Shown: piece by piece, positions 13,895 through 25,600 of the stretch | Layout of the letters: every line of letters begins with the position of its first letter | Numbering within the stretch: the stretch's first letter is position 1 | Origin: Eledone cirrhosa | Lineage: Eukaryota | Assembly: GCA_964016885.1 (NCBI GenBank) | Contig: OZ024742.1 | Location: 111,724,001 to 111,788,000, forward strand | Direction: 5' to 3' | Length of the DNA stretch: 64,000 nt | Program-made: the position numbers and the translations under genes | Notes under the pieces: generated by a model | What the model was told of the DNA's origin: nothing | Database searches by the model: none | The model's input: the letters and a program-made list of their open reading frames with translations, nothing else

Positions 13895-14852
13895 AATTGA
13901 ACAGGGACAGAACAGAGAGGCAGTACAATAAATGTTTATTAAATTCACGCTCAGGAGAGTGGGTGGTAGGTGGGGGACGACGTTTCGGGCATAAGCCCTT
14001 CTTCAGGTGAGAAGTGTGTGGGAACAGAGTTCAAAAGGTGTGTAGGGGAGTGGTGGAGAGACATATAGCGAAAGGAAACGGTGCGAAAGAAAAATTAACA
14101 AATAAAGACAAAAATATAATAAATAAAAATAAAAATAAAGCATGATCAAAATACAAAGAATGAGAAAATTTAAAAATAAAGGCATGATCAAAATAAACTG
14201 AAATTAAAAGGGGGGGTAAACAGGTGGTGGAAGGGTGTGGGGTGAGTAGGGGTGGTGGCGGGTGGAGTGGGGAGAGGGAGACGGGGTGTCCGAGCGGGGA
14301 GGGCTGAAGGTGGTGTGTGTGGTTAGGTGTGCGTGTGTGTGTGTGTGTGTATGTGAAAGTGAGGGTTGGGGGAAGAACGGGGTTGCATGTTCAGGAAGGT
14401 GTGTGTGGGGGGTGTTTTTGTGGGTCGGAGTGTCTGTACGTGTATGGATAGAGGGGTGCGGGGAGAGGAATCAGGAGGCTGAGGGTGTAAATATGTGGTG
14501 GGAAGCACGTGTGTGTGGTTTAAGCGTGTTTAGGGTGTGGGTGGCGTGTGAATAAAAAAAAAATTGGGGGGGGGGGGGGGTGAGTTATATAGGTGATGGT
14601 GTAAGAGGATGGTTGAAAAGTTGGTAAGTTCCACGGATGTTTGGAGATTTGATTAGAAGTCAATTTCGCGTGTGGGTAATCCAAGAAGCGGTGGTCGGAA
14701 GAGGAGAGATGTGGGGTGCGCGCGCAACAGGAAGTGGTCAGCAGTGGGAGTGCTGTGGTCAGTTGGTGCTGAGAGGTGGTCGGAAGGGCATAGCAGCAGT
14801 CGGCGGAATGGTAGGGAGGCGAGGATGGGTAGGTGTGAGAGTTGGAGTGAGG

Positions 14853-14883
<31 letters not shown>

Positions 14884-15570
14884 ATTAGTAGGGGTGTTAG
14901 TGGGATGAGTGAGTGTGGAGCGGGGAGAGAAGGGTGTGTGTGGTTCTATGGAGGGAGTGTGGTGTACTGGTGTGTGTATAGTTTGGTGAAGAGGTGTTAG
15001 TGGGTGTTAGTATACGGGAGGTGGGGAGGGTTGGAATGCAGGTGTGAGTGGGGGTTAGTGGTGGTAGGGTGTGTAGAGTTGGTGGTGTACGAGGGTGTGT
15101 GGATACGTGTGCGTGGGGTTGGGGGGTGTTAGTGATGTTAGTTGCGTGTGGGGTGGGTGGTGTTAGTGGGTTCGTGTGTGCGTGGATAAGGAGGGGGGAG
15201 AGGGGAGGGAGGGGATGTTAGTATGTTAGTTGGGGAAGGGTGGTCAGATGAGGAGTGGGGTGGAGGTGTTAGTATTGTTAGTGTGGGGTGGGCGGTGAAA
15301 AGGAGGGGTGAGTTAGTGGTGTTAGTGGGGGATAAGTGTGGGGGAGGGGGGGGGGGGGTCGAACGCTAAAGGAATAAGGGTGGGGAGTTCAGGCCGGGGG
15401 GAGTGTGGGTCTGTAAGATGAAGATAGTGCGTTGTTCGACCGTAAGGCGATGGGCGGGTGTTCCGTGGCACTGGAGTAGGCCACAGACTGTGAGATGGCG
15501 TGCGGAGTGTCCAGGGCCACCAAAGTGGCGGGCGATGGGGGAACTGCCCCCGAGACGAATATCCCGGAAA
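13890..15570 (-). mobile_element. 5'-truncated Penelope-like element (GIY-YIG C-terminus + 3' UTR + HHR)
   Basis: Minus frame 15569-15366, not in the ORF track, reads FRDIRLGGSSPIARHFGGPGHSARHLTVCGLLQCHGTPAHRLTVEQRTIFILQTHTPPGLNSPPLFL*, a PLE GIY-YIG C-terminus (PxAxHF..HS..E..IF.L.T..P.GLN); HHR and AATAAA near the (TA)n end. Confidence 0.88.
13976..14009 (-). ncRNA. Minimal type I hammerhead ribozyme (PLE type)
   Basis: Minus strand CAC-CTGAAGA-AGGGC-TTAT-GCCC-GAAA-CG-TC-GTC; palindromic ACGT stem III; stem I only 2 bp. Confidence 0.8.
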
Positions 15571-16284
15571 ACGTTGCACTGATATGTTATTTTTTAATGT
15601 TAATGTAGAGTTAACCCACGTGTTTTTTTTTAACTATAAAAAATAGACTAACAAAATTTCCTTGACGGATAATTTGACAGCGTCACCCGTGATACACGAA
15701 CTCAAATCTGCCATATGTCAGAGCTACCATATGTCAGAGCTACCATATCCCCAAAGCGATATTTGATATTTGCTATTTCTTCAACCAATTCTGCTGAGGC
15801 AGGCCACATCTGCAATGTAGATGCCCGATATAACATCTTTCTGGAAGTTTCAAATATCCGTCAAAACCAAATTTTTCGCCGATGTCTCATATGTTGTATT
15901 ACGGTTTAAATTAACAGCAACAATGTTCTCAAACAATGATCACATGAAATCGACCTTTAATAACATACACTATGCTACAGCCATTGATACATTTAAGATT
16001 ATGGTATATCCAAACGCTGCAAATGTGACAATTATCTGTTTTTAATTAAATATGGCCTTATATTAGTAAGTAAATCTGTTTGATAACATTGTATCCTTTG
16101 CAGATTTTTCCAATAGATTCACTTCAATATACATTGTAACCTTGATTTTGAAATGACCCTCTCGCTCGCCACTGTATATGAGAATGAATGTAATATTCCA
16201 GAAGCTTTTTATCACTCTCGGAGTACCGGAACATTAGTATTATTACTAGAACATTCTTATAACAGCAGGTTATAAAAGGCACAT

Positions 16285-16399
<115 letters not shown>

Positions 16400-16468
16400 C
16401 AAGGTTTAGCAAATAGAGAAAAAAGTTTTAAAATAAATTTTTAAAAGTTCGCTGTACTTACTATATGT

Positions 16469-16551
16469 ACCTTTACCGCGCGGTTTCAAATCCCGAAATA
16501 AATGGATAATCCAGGCGGATTCCATTGAGAAGGGGAATCTCGGCAGAAGGT
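16469..16551 (-). ncRNA. Type I hammerhead, family A left-arm copy (core CTGCCGA, A6 mutated)
   Basis: Minus strand ACCTT-CTGCCGA-GATTCCC..GGGATTT-GAAA-CCGCGCGG-TA-AAGGT. Confidence 0.7.
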
Positions 16552-17404
16552 TCTTCTCGCTCGGAGAATATAAAATTCCCGAGTTCAAATCACAAACTGG
16601 CGCCATACAAAACTTCCCGGATGAGAGTGAATGAGGAAGGAAACAATTTTGTCTAGTGCCGTGTGTAAAGACAGAAGACAAGGGCGCACAAGTCAATGTC
16701 CTGCCACTAGATATAGCAGCAGTACACACGACCAAATGTTATCTTAACCTTAGGGTAGATTAATAATAATAAAGTATGTGTTCCTATGTCTAAAAAATAC
16801 GCATAGGGATACAAGTATTATCCAATCGTATGCCAATGTGGTTCTATGGCAGGTTAATAAATTAAAGAGCCAAGAACATATAAAATCAAAGTTTAGCAAA
16901 TAGAGAAAACATTTTTTAAATAAATTTTTTAAAGTTCGCTGTACTTACTATATGTACCTTTAACGCGCCGTTTCAAATCCCAAAATAAATGGATAATCCA
17001 TTTTGTTTTATAATCCGTTTATAATCCATAATTATTTAAAAACGTTTTTCTCTATTTGCTAAACCTTGAATTTATATGTTCTGTCTCGTTAATTTATTAA
17101 CCTGCCATAGAACCACATTGGCATACGGTTGGATAATACTTATATCCCTATATGCATTGTTTACACGTAGGAACACATACTTTATTATTATTAATCTACC
17201 CTAAGTTTGAGATAAGTTTTGGTCGTTTGTACTGCTGCTATTTCTAGTAGTAGGACATTGACCTGTCAGCCCCTGCCTTCTGTCTTTACACACGGCACTA
17301 GACAACATTGTTTCCTTCCTCATTCACTCTCATCCGAGAACAGTTTTGTATGGCGCTTGTTTGTGATTTGAACTCGGGTATTTTATATTCTCCGAGCGAG
17401 AAGA

Positions 17405-17488
17405 ACCTTCTGACGAGAATCCCCTTCTCAATGAAAATCCGCCTGGATTATCCATTTATTTTGGGATTTGAAACCGCGCGGTAAAGGT
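17405..17488 (+). ncRNA. Type I hammerhead ribozyme with intact core, family A
   Basis: ACCTT-CTGACGA-GAATCCC-[39 nt incl. hairpin AATCC/GGATT]-GGGATTT-GAAA-CCGCGCGG-TA-AAGGT. 5-bp stem I, 7-bp stem II, palindromic stem III ACCGCGCGGT; predicted cleavage after A17483. Confidence 0.85.
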
Positions 17489-17666
17489 ACATATAGTAAG
17501 TACAGCTAACTTTTTAAAATCTATTTCAAAACTTTTTTCTCTATTTCCTAAATCTTGATTTAGTATGTTCTGGCTCGTTAATTTATTAATCTGACATAGA
17601 ACCACATACGGTTGGTTAATACTTATATCGGTATATGTACTTTTTTACACGTAGGAACACATACTT

Positions 17667-17759
<93 letters not shown>

Positions 17760-17769
17760 TGTGTGTTTC

Positions 17770-18065
17770 TCATGTATTAATGTATGTTGATAGAGGGGTT
17801 GAATTCTGCAAGCGTCTGTTATTGAAAGTAATAAGATGAGAAGAAAAGCGGGATTTAAATGTATTTTCGGTCAGACAATTTTAATTTTCTCATGTACCTC
17901 TGACATGCATTCCTTCTCCAGTGGGCATCTGCAATTATATTCCCGGGATGCCTGAGATGTGTTAATTTCTGTAGTAGCTTACTCAGGCTTTGTAGTCTTA
18001 TATTATTGAGGCATCTGTTGTTTACCTTAATTGTATTCTTGTTGAACATGTTATAGTTACGGTCT
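17770..18065 (-). mobile_element. Penelope-like element fragment (thumb/linker + GIY-YIG remnant)
   Basis: MFNKNTIKVNNRCLNNI (cf. IFNRNTVKxSYSCxxN), YNCRCPLEKEC, LTENTFKSRFSSHLITF..NSTPLSTYI (cf. GIY-YIG TExxFKxRxxxH..STxLSxYI). Confidence 0.7.
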
Positions 18066-19622
18066 GTGGTGGGAAAGAAAACTTTATTATAAGCGACAAA
18101 ATGTGTTCGGCTATGCTAGAAGATATATTAAGATTGTGAGGGGGCGGGGGATAACTCAGATGATAAAAGTGGTTTTAGTGAGAAACTAATATATATTCAG
18201 CCCACACGCACTGACAGACCACTCAGAATTAGGATCCACTTTAGAATTTTGAGAAGTTTATAATCTGCAAAAACATATATATACTCGCGACAGAGCATTT
18301 TCTTTTCATATTTTCCTTTGCAGGAAGAGAAACAACTTAAAAACATTCATTCAATAAATGACTATTTAGTTAATGAATATATATATATACGTTTATGTGT
18401 GGGTGTACTGTTTTCTGTATGATAGAGTGTTTTCTGTGATTTAGCAGCATATAAAATTTAATTACGCATGAACATGAAAATTGCTCACTAAGATATGTAT
18501 TGTGTAATGCTCGTGAAATTATGAAGATTTTATCTTTCTCCAACCTTGATGCTTTGGCGACACACGCTGAGGAGAGGAAGTTAGTTAAATACGTGGGACG
18601 GACAAACCATTCACTCTTTCTACTGGTCTCCGTCTAGACCACATATTTCCTAAGTCCCCACATTACCGATTTCTCCCATAAAATCAGAAAGCATTGGCCC
18701 GCTTGAATTGGTGTGACTGTTGCAGTGGGTATCGTTGATTGGGTTGTTTTGATCATTCTCCACGGAGATGCCTTTGACATGTTGTCCGTGGTACGCGGCT
18801 GAGACCCCGCTCAGGCTGAGATGCAGTGTCTCTCCCTCTGCCTCTCCCTTTCTTTACTTAGTTATTCTTTTATTTCTATTGTTCTACTTTTCATTTTCTT
18901 CCGTTATCATCTTTTGTACCTATCAATAGTGACATTTTGTTTGTATAAACAGGTTTGTAAAATAAATAACCTCAATACTAAAATAAAGTGGAAATATATT
19001 TTACACAAAATGTAATACTCATGTAATTTAATTATTTTAAATAATTCAATTAACCAGAGCAGTTATTTGCATTGAAACACATCTAATAGACGTATAGCAA
19101 CAGCGACTAAAGTGTGTTGCTTATACAAAAAGTTCATATAATTGTTAAAAGTCTAGACATGACGATTTAGATATATTAAGCCACATATATTTTCAAAAGG
19201 TTGTTGTTTTTTATTTGAAAATATCTATTTCAAAGAGTAAACAATATTTTACGAAATTAAATTGAATCTAATGAAAAATATACCCTCACATATATAATAA
19301 TTTCCTATCACATCTATTAATCATATGTTCACTTGTTAGAAAAGGTCAAATTATTAATTTGATTAATTGTAGAAGTCTAGTGTTTGAAGTGATATGCATT
19401 TTAAAGATTATTTGAGATATCTACAAAAGATTTTCTGGAAAACAAGAAATTATATATATCTCATGATTAGACATATGACTACTTGCAACAACTTATATTC
19501 TGTACAACAAAATTGTCACCTATTGATTTGTGTTACTTTATTGTAAATCGCATAACGACACATTGCATTAAAATATGCAACTTACTTGGCAGCTATATAT
19601 ATATATACACACACACACTTAA

Positions 19623-19680
<58 letters not shown>

Positions 19681-19681
<1 letters not shown>

Positions 19682-20010
19682 TTCACCCGGGTGAGCACTC
19701 GATGTTTAGGTTCACTTCTGTGTCGAGGTGTAGAGCTATACAGAGTGTATTATATTGAAAAGATAACAAGGACGATTGGTTACTCCTTCATTAAATTTAT
19801 TGGTAGGAGACGCGTGTTTCGCCACTGATGAGCTCAACGTTTGATCTGTATCGATCTAGAATGTTAAGGGGTCCGTCAAGCTGCGGATTATTGAGTCGGG
19901 TAAGATCGATACAGATCGAACCTTGAGCTGATCAGTTCCGAAACGCGCGTCACCTACCAATAAATGTAATGAAGGAGTAACCAATCGTCCTTGTCATCTT
20001 TTCAATATAT
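19681..20010. mobile_element. Family B element as an inverted duplication (arms ~19751-19857 / 19903-20009) with degenerate HHR
   Basis: Arms are reverse complements; right side GGT-CCGTCAA-GCTGC..GAAA-CGCGCG-TC-ACC matches 5561-5700; flanked by (TA)n. Confidence 0.85.
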
Positions 20011-20049
20011 GTATATATATATATATAGTGTATATGTAATTCTGATTTC

Positions 20050-20198
20050 TTATATAGGTACAAGGCCAGCAATTTTAGAGGAGGGGAAGTCGATTAAATC
20101 TACGGCAGTGCGTGACTGGTACTTTATTTTATCGACCCCGTAAAGATGAAAGGGAAATTTAAACTCGGCGGGATTTGATCTCAGATCATAAAGGGCCA
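20050..20198 (-). mobile_element. tRNA-derived SINE (octopus-type family)
   Basis: ctggtactttattttatcgaccccgtaaagatgaaagg..ctcggcgggatttga; same family at 35.2, 43.2, 48.0-48.4 and 63.4 kb. Confidence 0.85.
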
Positions 20199-20211
20199 TC
20201 ACTCTATAATA

Positions 20212-20375
20212 ATAATAAAAGGACAATTTGTTATGCCATCATTACGTTTATTGAGGAGCAACGCGCCTTTCGCTATTGATCAGCTCACGGTTCGATCTGT
20301 ATCAATCTGGCCTGTCTCCATGCTGTCATTAACACAACAGAGGTCCGACGAGCTTTCGATTCCAGAGTCGGAACG
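20212..20375 (-). mobile_element. Diverged family B fragment
   Basis: acgcgcctttcgctattgatcagctcacggttcgatctgtatcaatctg is the reverse complement of the family B core; ggtccgacgagc follows at ~20342. Confidence 0.65.
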
Positions 20376-20526
20376 CATAACAAATCGTTCTTTTATTATT
20401 ATATTTACACGCTGCTTAGTTCTAGATCTCTTCACAGACTGGAAACTACGCATCGAGTTCTCACTCGGATGAACGCACAGTAACTGCAATTTACATCCCT
20501 ATATATATATATATATATATATATAA

Positions 20527-21615
20527 GTACAAATTAATATATGATAAACACTACAAGTATATAATTGTTTGTATTGCAAATGACCAAGTTAGCTAGATTG
20601 AAAAAATACTAATTAAAGTAATACAGTTTGCCTGTCTCGATTTAAAATAGTAAATCAATAAAAACAATCCCATATTGGCAATAGCCGTGATACCTGGACA
20701 AATTTAAGTTTCAAAAGTCAAATCTGTTTGACAAATTTAAGTTTCAAAACTCAAATCTGTTTCGCAACAATAAGTGAAAATTCCATTCACTTATTGTTGC
20801 GAAACAGATTTGAGTTTTGAAACTTAAATTTGTCAAACAGATTTGAGTTTTGAAACTTAAATTTGTCCAGGTATCACGGCTATTGGCAATATGGGGTGGT
20901 TTTTATTGATTTATTATTTTATATCGAGACAGGCAAACTGTATTAATTTAATTATTATTTTTCAATCTAGCTAACTTGGTCATTTGCGATACAAACACTT
21001 ATATACTTGTATTAGTGTTTATCATATATTAATTTGTATTTCACGGCTCAGAAATATCTCTTTCTTTGAGCTATTTAATTGTAAAAGACTGTTTGAGTTT
21101 ATAACTCTATATATAGTATTATCGGCTCCATATGTTGAGCTACATTTTTTAGTCCCATAAAAACGGCTGCTATTTCTGGCGGCATGAGTATAGGACTGGC
21201 TAGACGCTGGGACACCATGTGCGTTCAACAACATATTTTTCTCTCAGTCTTCCTAAGTATTTTGAAGTGAAACATACCAATTTCTGGATACCTGCAGCTG
21301 AGCACAGAAATAGAATTTTCACTTATTTTTGCGAAACAGATTTGAGTTTTGAAACTTAAATTTGTCCAGGTATCACGGCTATTGCCAATATGGGTTTGTT
21401 TTTATTGATTTATTATTTTAAATCGAGACAGGCAAATTGTATTAATTTAATTATTATTTTTCAATCTAGCTAACTTGGTCATTTGCAATAAAAACACTTA
21501 TATACTTGTATTACTGTTTATCATATATTAATTTGTATTTCACGGCTCAGAAATATCTCTTTCTTTGAGCTATTTAATTGTAAAAGACTGTTTGAGTTTA
21601 TAACTCTATATATAG
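20527..21615 (+). mobile_element. Non-coding ~500-bp HHR-bearing unit (family C): inverted copy + truncated copy + full unit
   Basis: 20527-20777 is inverted relative to 20787-21039; 20787-21113 repeats directly at ~21318-21613; flanked by TA-rich tracts. Confidence 0.9.
21287..21374 (+). ncRNA. Type I hammerhead fold with variant core CAGCTGA and long palindromic stem III, family C
   Basis: GATACCTG-CAGCTGA-GCA..AAATAG..TTATTT..TGC-GAAA-CAGATTTGAGTTT-tg-AAACTTAAATTTG-TC-CAGGTATC; perfect 8-bp stem I, ~14-bp stem III. Confidence 0.72.
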
Positions 21616-21633
21616 TATATGTATAAGTATATG

Positions 21634-21667
<34 letters not shown>

Positions 21668-21698
21668 GACATACACACACACATATATATATATATAT

Positions 21699-21863
21699 AT
21701 AGGAACAAGTAAGACCCCGACGGCTGAGCTCAAGCCGTTTCTACGGCTAATTCTGTACAGCCGTCGGGGTTTTACTTGTTCCTATTACCCACTCTACTAC
21801 CCTAAGTATTGAGTATTTTGGTGCGTTATGGTCCACCTGGTTCCTTACCACATTTCCTTCGTT
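21699..21863. mobile_element. Short TA-flanked family D element with 28-bp inverted arms and HHR 3' half
   Basis: ataggaacaagtaagaccccgacggctg / cagccgtcggggttttacttgttcctat; minus strand GAAA-CGGCTTGAGCTCAGCCG-TC; second copy at 45629-45778. Confidence 0.75.
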
Positions 21864-22109
21864 ATATATATATATATATATATATTCGTGTGTTTGTAAG
21901 AGTGAGTACGTGTGCATGTACATGCATGCTTGTCTGTGTGTGCATTTACGTTGACTGCTAGTTTATGGAATTTGCTAAATGAAATACCAGTCTTAAAGCA
22001 AAACCACACTGGTACCGGTAAGTTCACATACCGCGGCGAATCGACTTAGGAAATACGTTAATGATACAGGTCTATGTAGAACTCTCTGGCAAGTTATACT
22101 TTATAAATA

Positions 22110-22245
<136 letters not shown>

Positions 22246-22644
22246 GCATACAAAAATGCCATGCCATTATCCTTGACATATGTATTAGGAAATACATAGG
22301 TAATTCTTGCTCCGAAAATATTCATATTTTAAATTTTCGGCTCAACGAATGCCTTCATGTATATTTTCAGCTAATGAAAAATCATGTAATCGTGAATGGC
22401 GTTAAGCATAATTTGCTCCACTGCAGTAAGATATTTATACCATTGAGATAAGTAAAGTGTTGTCAATGTTAATGTTAAACAAATTTGATTCGATGAGTAT
22501 AGTATATAAATTGATTACACATTCAGTACTCCATAATATTTATCTACTTGAAGTTGGATTCTAAATTATTATTTGCAATATAACTACATATAAACCGTTT
22601 TATCTAAGTTTGAGAACAACACTCAATTCAAGCGTCCATTGTTA

Positions 22645-25600
22645 TCTATATATTAATTTCAATAATGTCAGTATTCCGTGTGTCATAATTCTTGATTACC
22701 ATTGGTTCATAGGTTTCAAACGACTCCGCCCACTACAACGACGCCTAACTTAAATTAATATGCATAATTTCCAATGAGGGAGTGAGAGGGGAGAGTAAGA
22801 CACAAAGAGGAAAATATGAACGCTGTGTTGGATACACTATGTATATGTGTCAGTGTAGAGACATGTGTGCGTGTGTGATGTGTGTGGAAATAAGAGGGGG
22901 AGGAAAGCAATAACCATTAACATGTGTGCGTGGGAATGTACGTGCGCGTATGTTTATATGTGTGTGCGTGTAGCGTTCCACAGAAAGTAAAAACTATCAA
23001 CATGTGTGAGTGTGTGAGTGTGTGTAAGTGCACGGGTGCGTGTGTGCAAGTGTACGGGTAATTGTGTAAGTTTGCGTGCGTGTGCGCATTTCCATGCGTG
23101 TATGTGTGTGTACGTGCCGCGTACCACAATCGCCACGCAGTTTATCTGTCTGTGTGCCTGTCTGTCAGTCTAACATAAACAGAGTTGTGAAGGGAGTAAA
23201 TAGGGACCTTTTTTTACATTGACAGACATCTTTTATGTTTATTATTATGTCATTTTTTGACAATTGCTCGAAATGAATACTGATAATAAAAGCAATTCGA
23301 CTTTATCAAACAGTGACCTACAGCGGCGACGGCGTGCAGCCAGCAATTCTGAAAAACGGGCCGATCAGCGCCATTGTAACGCCGAACTTCAGAGGCGAAG
23401 ACGTGCCGCCATGAATAAAGAGGAGCTGGCTGAACAACGCAAACGAAACACTGGAGCCAAGCAGAGACGGCGTGCAGCGATGGTTGAAGACGAACTGGCT
23501 GAGCATCATCAGCAGATGGCCAGAATTCAGCGGCAACTGCGTGCTGCGATGGATGAAGAGGATCTGGCTGAACAGCGCCCGCGCAATACAGAAGTTCAGA
23601 GAATGTGTCGCCAAAGTGCTCCTCATTCCGGCAAAGAGGCTAGAAGGCGAACGAATAATATTGAAAATGGATCATGGCAACCGTGTCATTTTCAGATTGG
23701 TGGACGAGCAGAGTGTCCACATTGTGGAGCATTGCATTGGAGGCACGAACAGACGTGGACCACAATATGCTGTCATAAAGGAGCAGTTGAACTAGAAACC
23801 TTGCGAATGCCGGATGATGAGGAGTCACCGGAGTTTAAAATACTCAGTATGTGGGATGATCAAGGAGACCGAGGTAGATCATTGCGCAAATATTCGCGGC
23901 AAATTAACAATTCACTAGCTTTAGCATCGCAGAGAGTTAGTGAGATGTTTGAGAGTGGAGTATGGCAACCGAATGTAGTCATTCAAGGTCGTTTGTATCA
24001 TTGTATCGGTAATTTAGAAGTTACCCCAGGAGAGAGGCCTCGATTCGCTCAAATTTACGTTAACGATCCAGATTATAGTGAATCGGAGGAGGATATCAGG
24101 ATCGGTTGGATGAAGTTGCCGGGAAATATAACTGAACTTGATTTGCAACCATGGCTTAGACAGTGTAATCCTTATGTTATGGATTTCATGTTGGTGGCTG
24201 AACTGAAAAATGTTCAGCAGCAAACATTGGTGATTAAGGCTGACGCAGTGCCAAGGAATCAACACGAACGGCGATATAATGCCCCTGAAGGATTTCGTGA
24301 AGTTGCTGTGTTGATGGACGATAAGCCTGGATCGAGAGATATCGTCCTCAATCGCAGTGATGGTGCTCTCAAGACTATCAGTGAGTCAAATAGGGCATAC
24401 GATCCATTGTATTATTTTCTTTTATTCCCAAAAGGTGAAAATCCATGGAAAATGTCTGTTCATTTAGATGATCATGAGAATCAGCATCAATAGGGAGGTG
24501 TCAGTAGACACAATAATTCGATTCGCGATTTTTACGCGTTCCATTTGAACGAGAGGAATCAACAGAGAAATGCACTATTTCAAGGTAGCAGATTTTTCCA
24601 GGAATACTGTTGTATGGCATTCGCAAAGATAGAAGATCAAAGGCTAAATGATATAGCTACACATCAGCAATATATCAGAGCTGAATTGTATAATAATATA
24701 CAGGATGTGATAACAGCCGATGGTGCCAATTACAAGCAAATTGGTTGACATATCATTTTGCCATCGTCGTTCATCGGCGGCCCGAGACATCTGAACATTC
24801 GCTATCAGGATGCAATGGCTATTGTCAGAAAGTTTGGAAAGCCAGATTTGTTTATAACGGTTACATGCAATCCTGAATGGACTGACATTAAGGATGCACT
24901 TTTGCCACCAGTACAACAGCCAAAGGAACGTCCTGATATTGTGGCAAGAGTATTCAAAGGACATCTGAAAAATATAATGGATGATGTGGAAAAAGAAGGA
25001 ATCTTTGGAGGTATAGTTGCTTTTACATACATAATTGAATTCCAAAAAAGAGAATTGCCACATGCACATTTGCTGATTATTTTACATAGAGATTGCAAAT
25101 TGAGATGTGCTGAGGATGTCGACAGCATTGTGTGTGCTGAACTGCCGGAGAATGAGGCACTACGCAACTTGGTGGAAAAGTCATTGATGCACAACCAATG
25201 CGGAGTGGAAAATCGGAAAGCGCATTGCATGAAAAATGGCCAATGTAGTAAGCACTTTCCGAAATCTTTCGTCACGAACACTTCCTGGAACGATGGGGAT
25301 GCTCATCCCACATACAGAAGACGGTCGCCTGCCGATGGCGGTTTGGTCGAAAATGTAAACGGTCGACAGGTTACAAATCAATGGGTTGTGCCATACAATC
25401 CATATTTGATTATGAAATATCGTTGTCATATTAATGTGGAAATTTGTAGCTCAGTGAAAGCTTGCAAATATCTGTTGAAATATGTTTACAAACGTCATGA
25501 TCGGGCAATGATCAATGTCAGGAATGAGGCAGGTCCCAGGATGTTCACTCGATTGGATCTAGCGAAGCTTGCTGGAGATTGTTCGATTTTCATCTGATGG

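Noticed and set aside
16615-16660. Hammerhead-like CGGATGA..GAAACAATTTTGTC on the opposite strand of family A
   Set aside because: No stem I or stem II pairing; the convincing HHR is on the other strand
20698-20870. Short ~32-bp repeated hairpins superficially like a CRISPR array
   Set aside because: Eukaryotic context, no spacers or cas genes; they are duplicated stem III of the family C hammerhead
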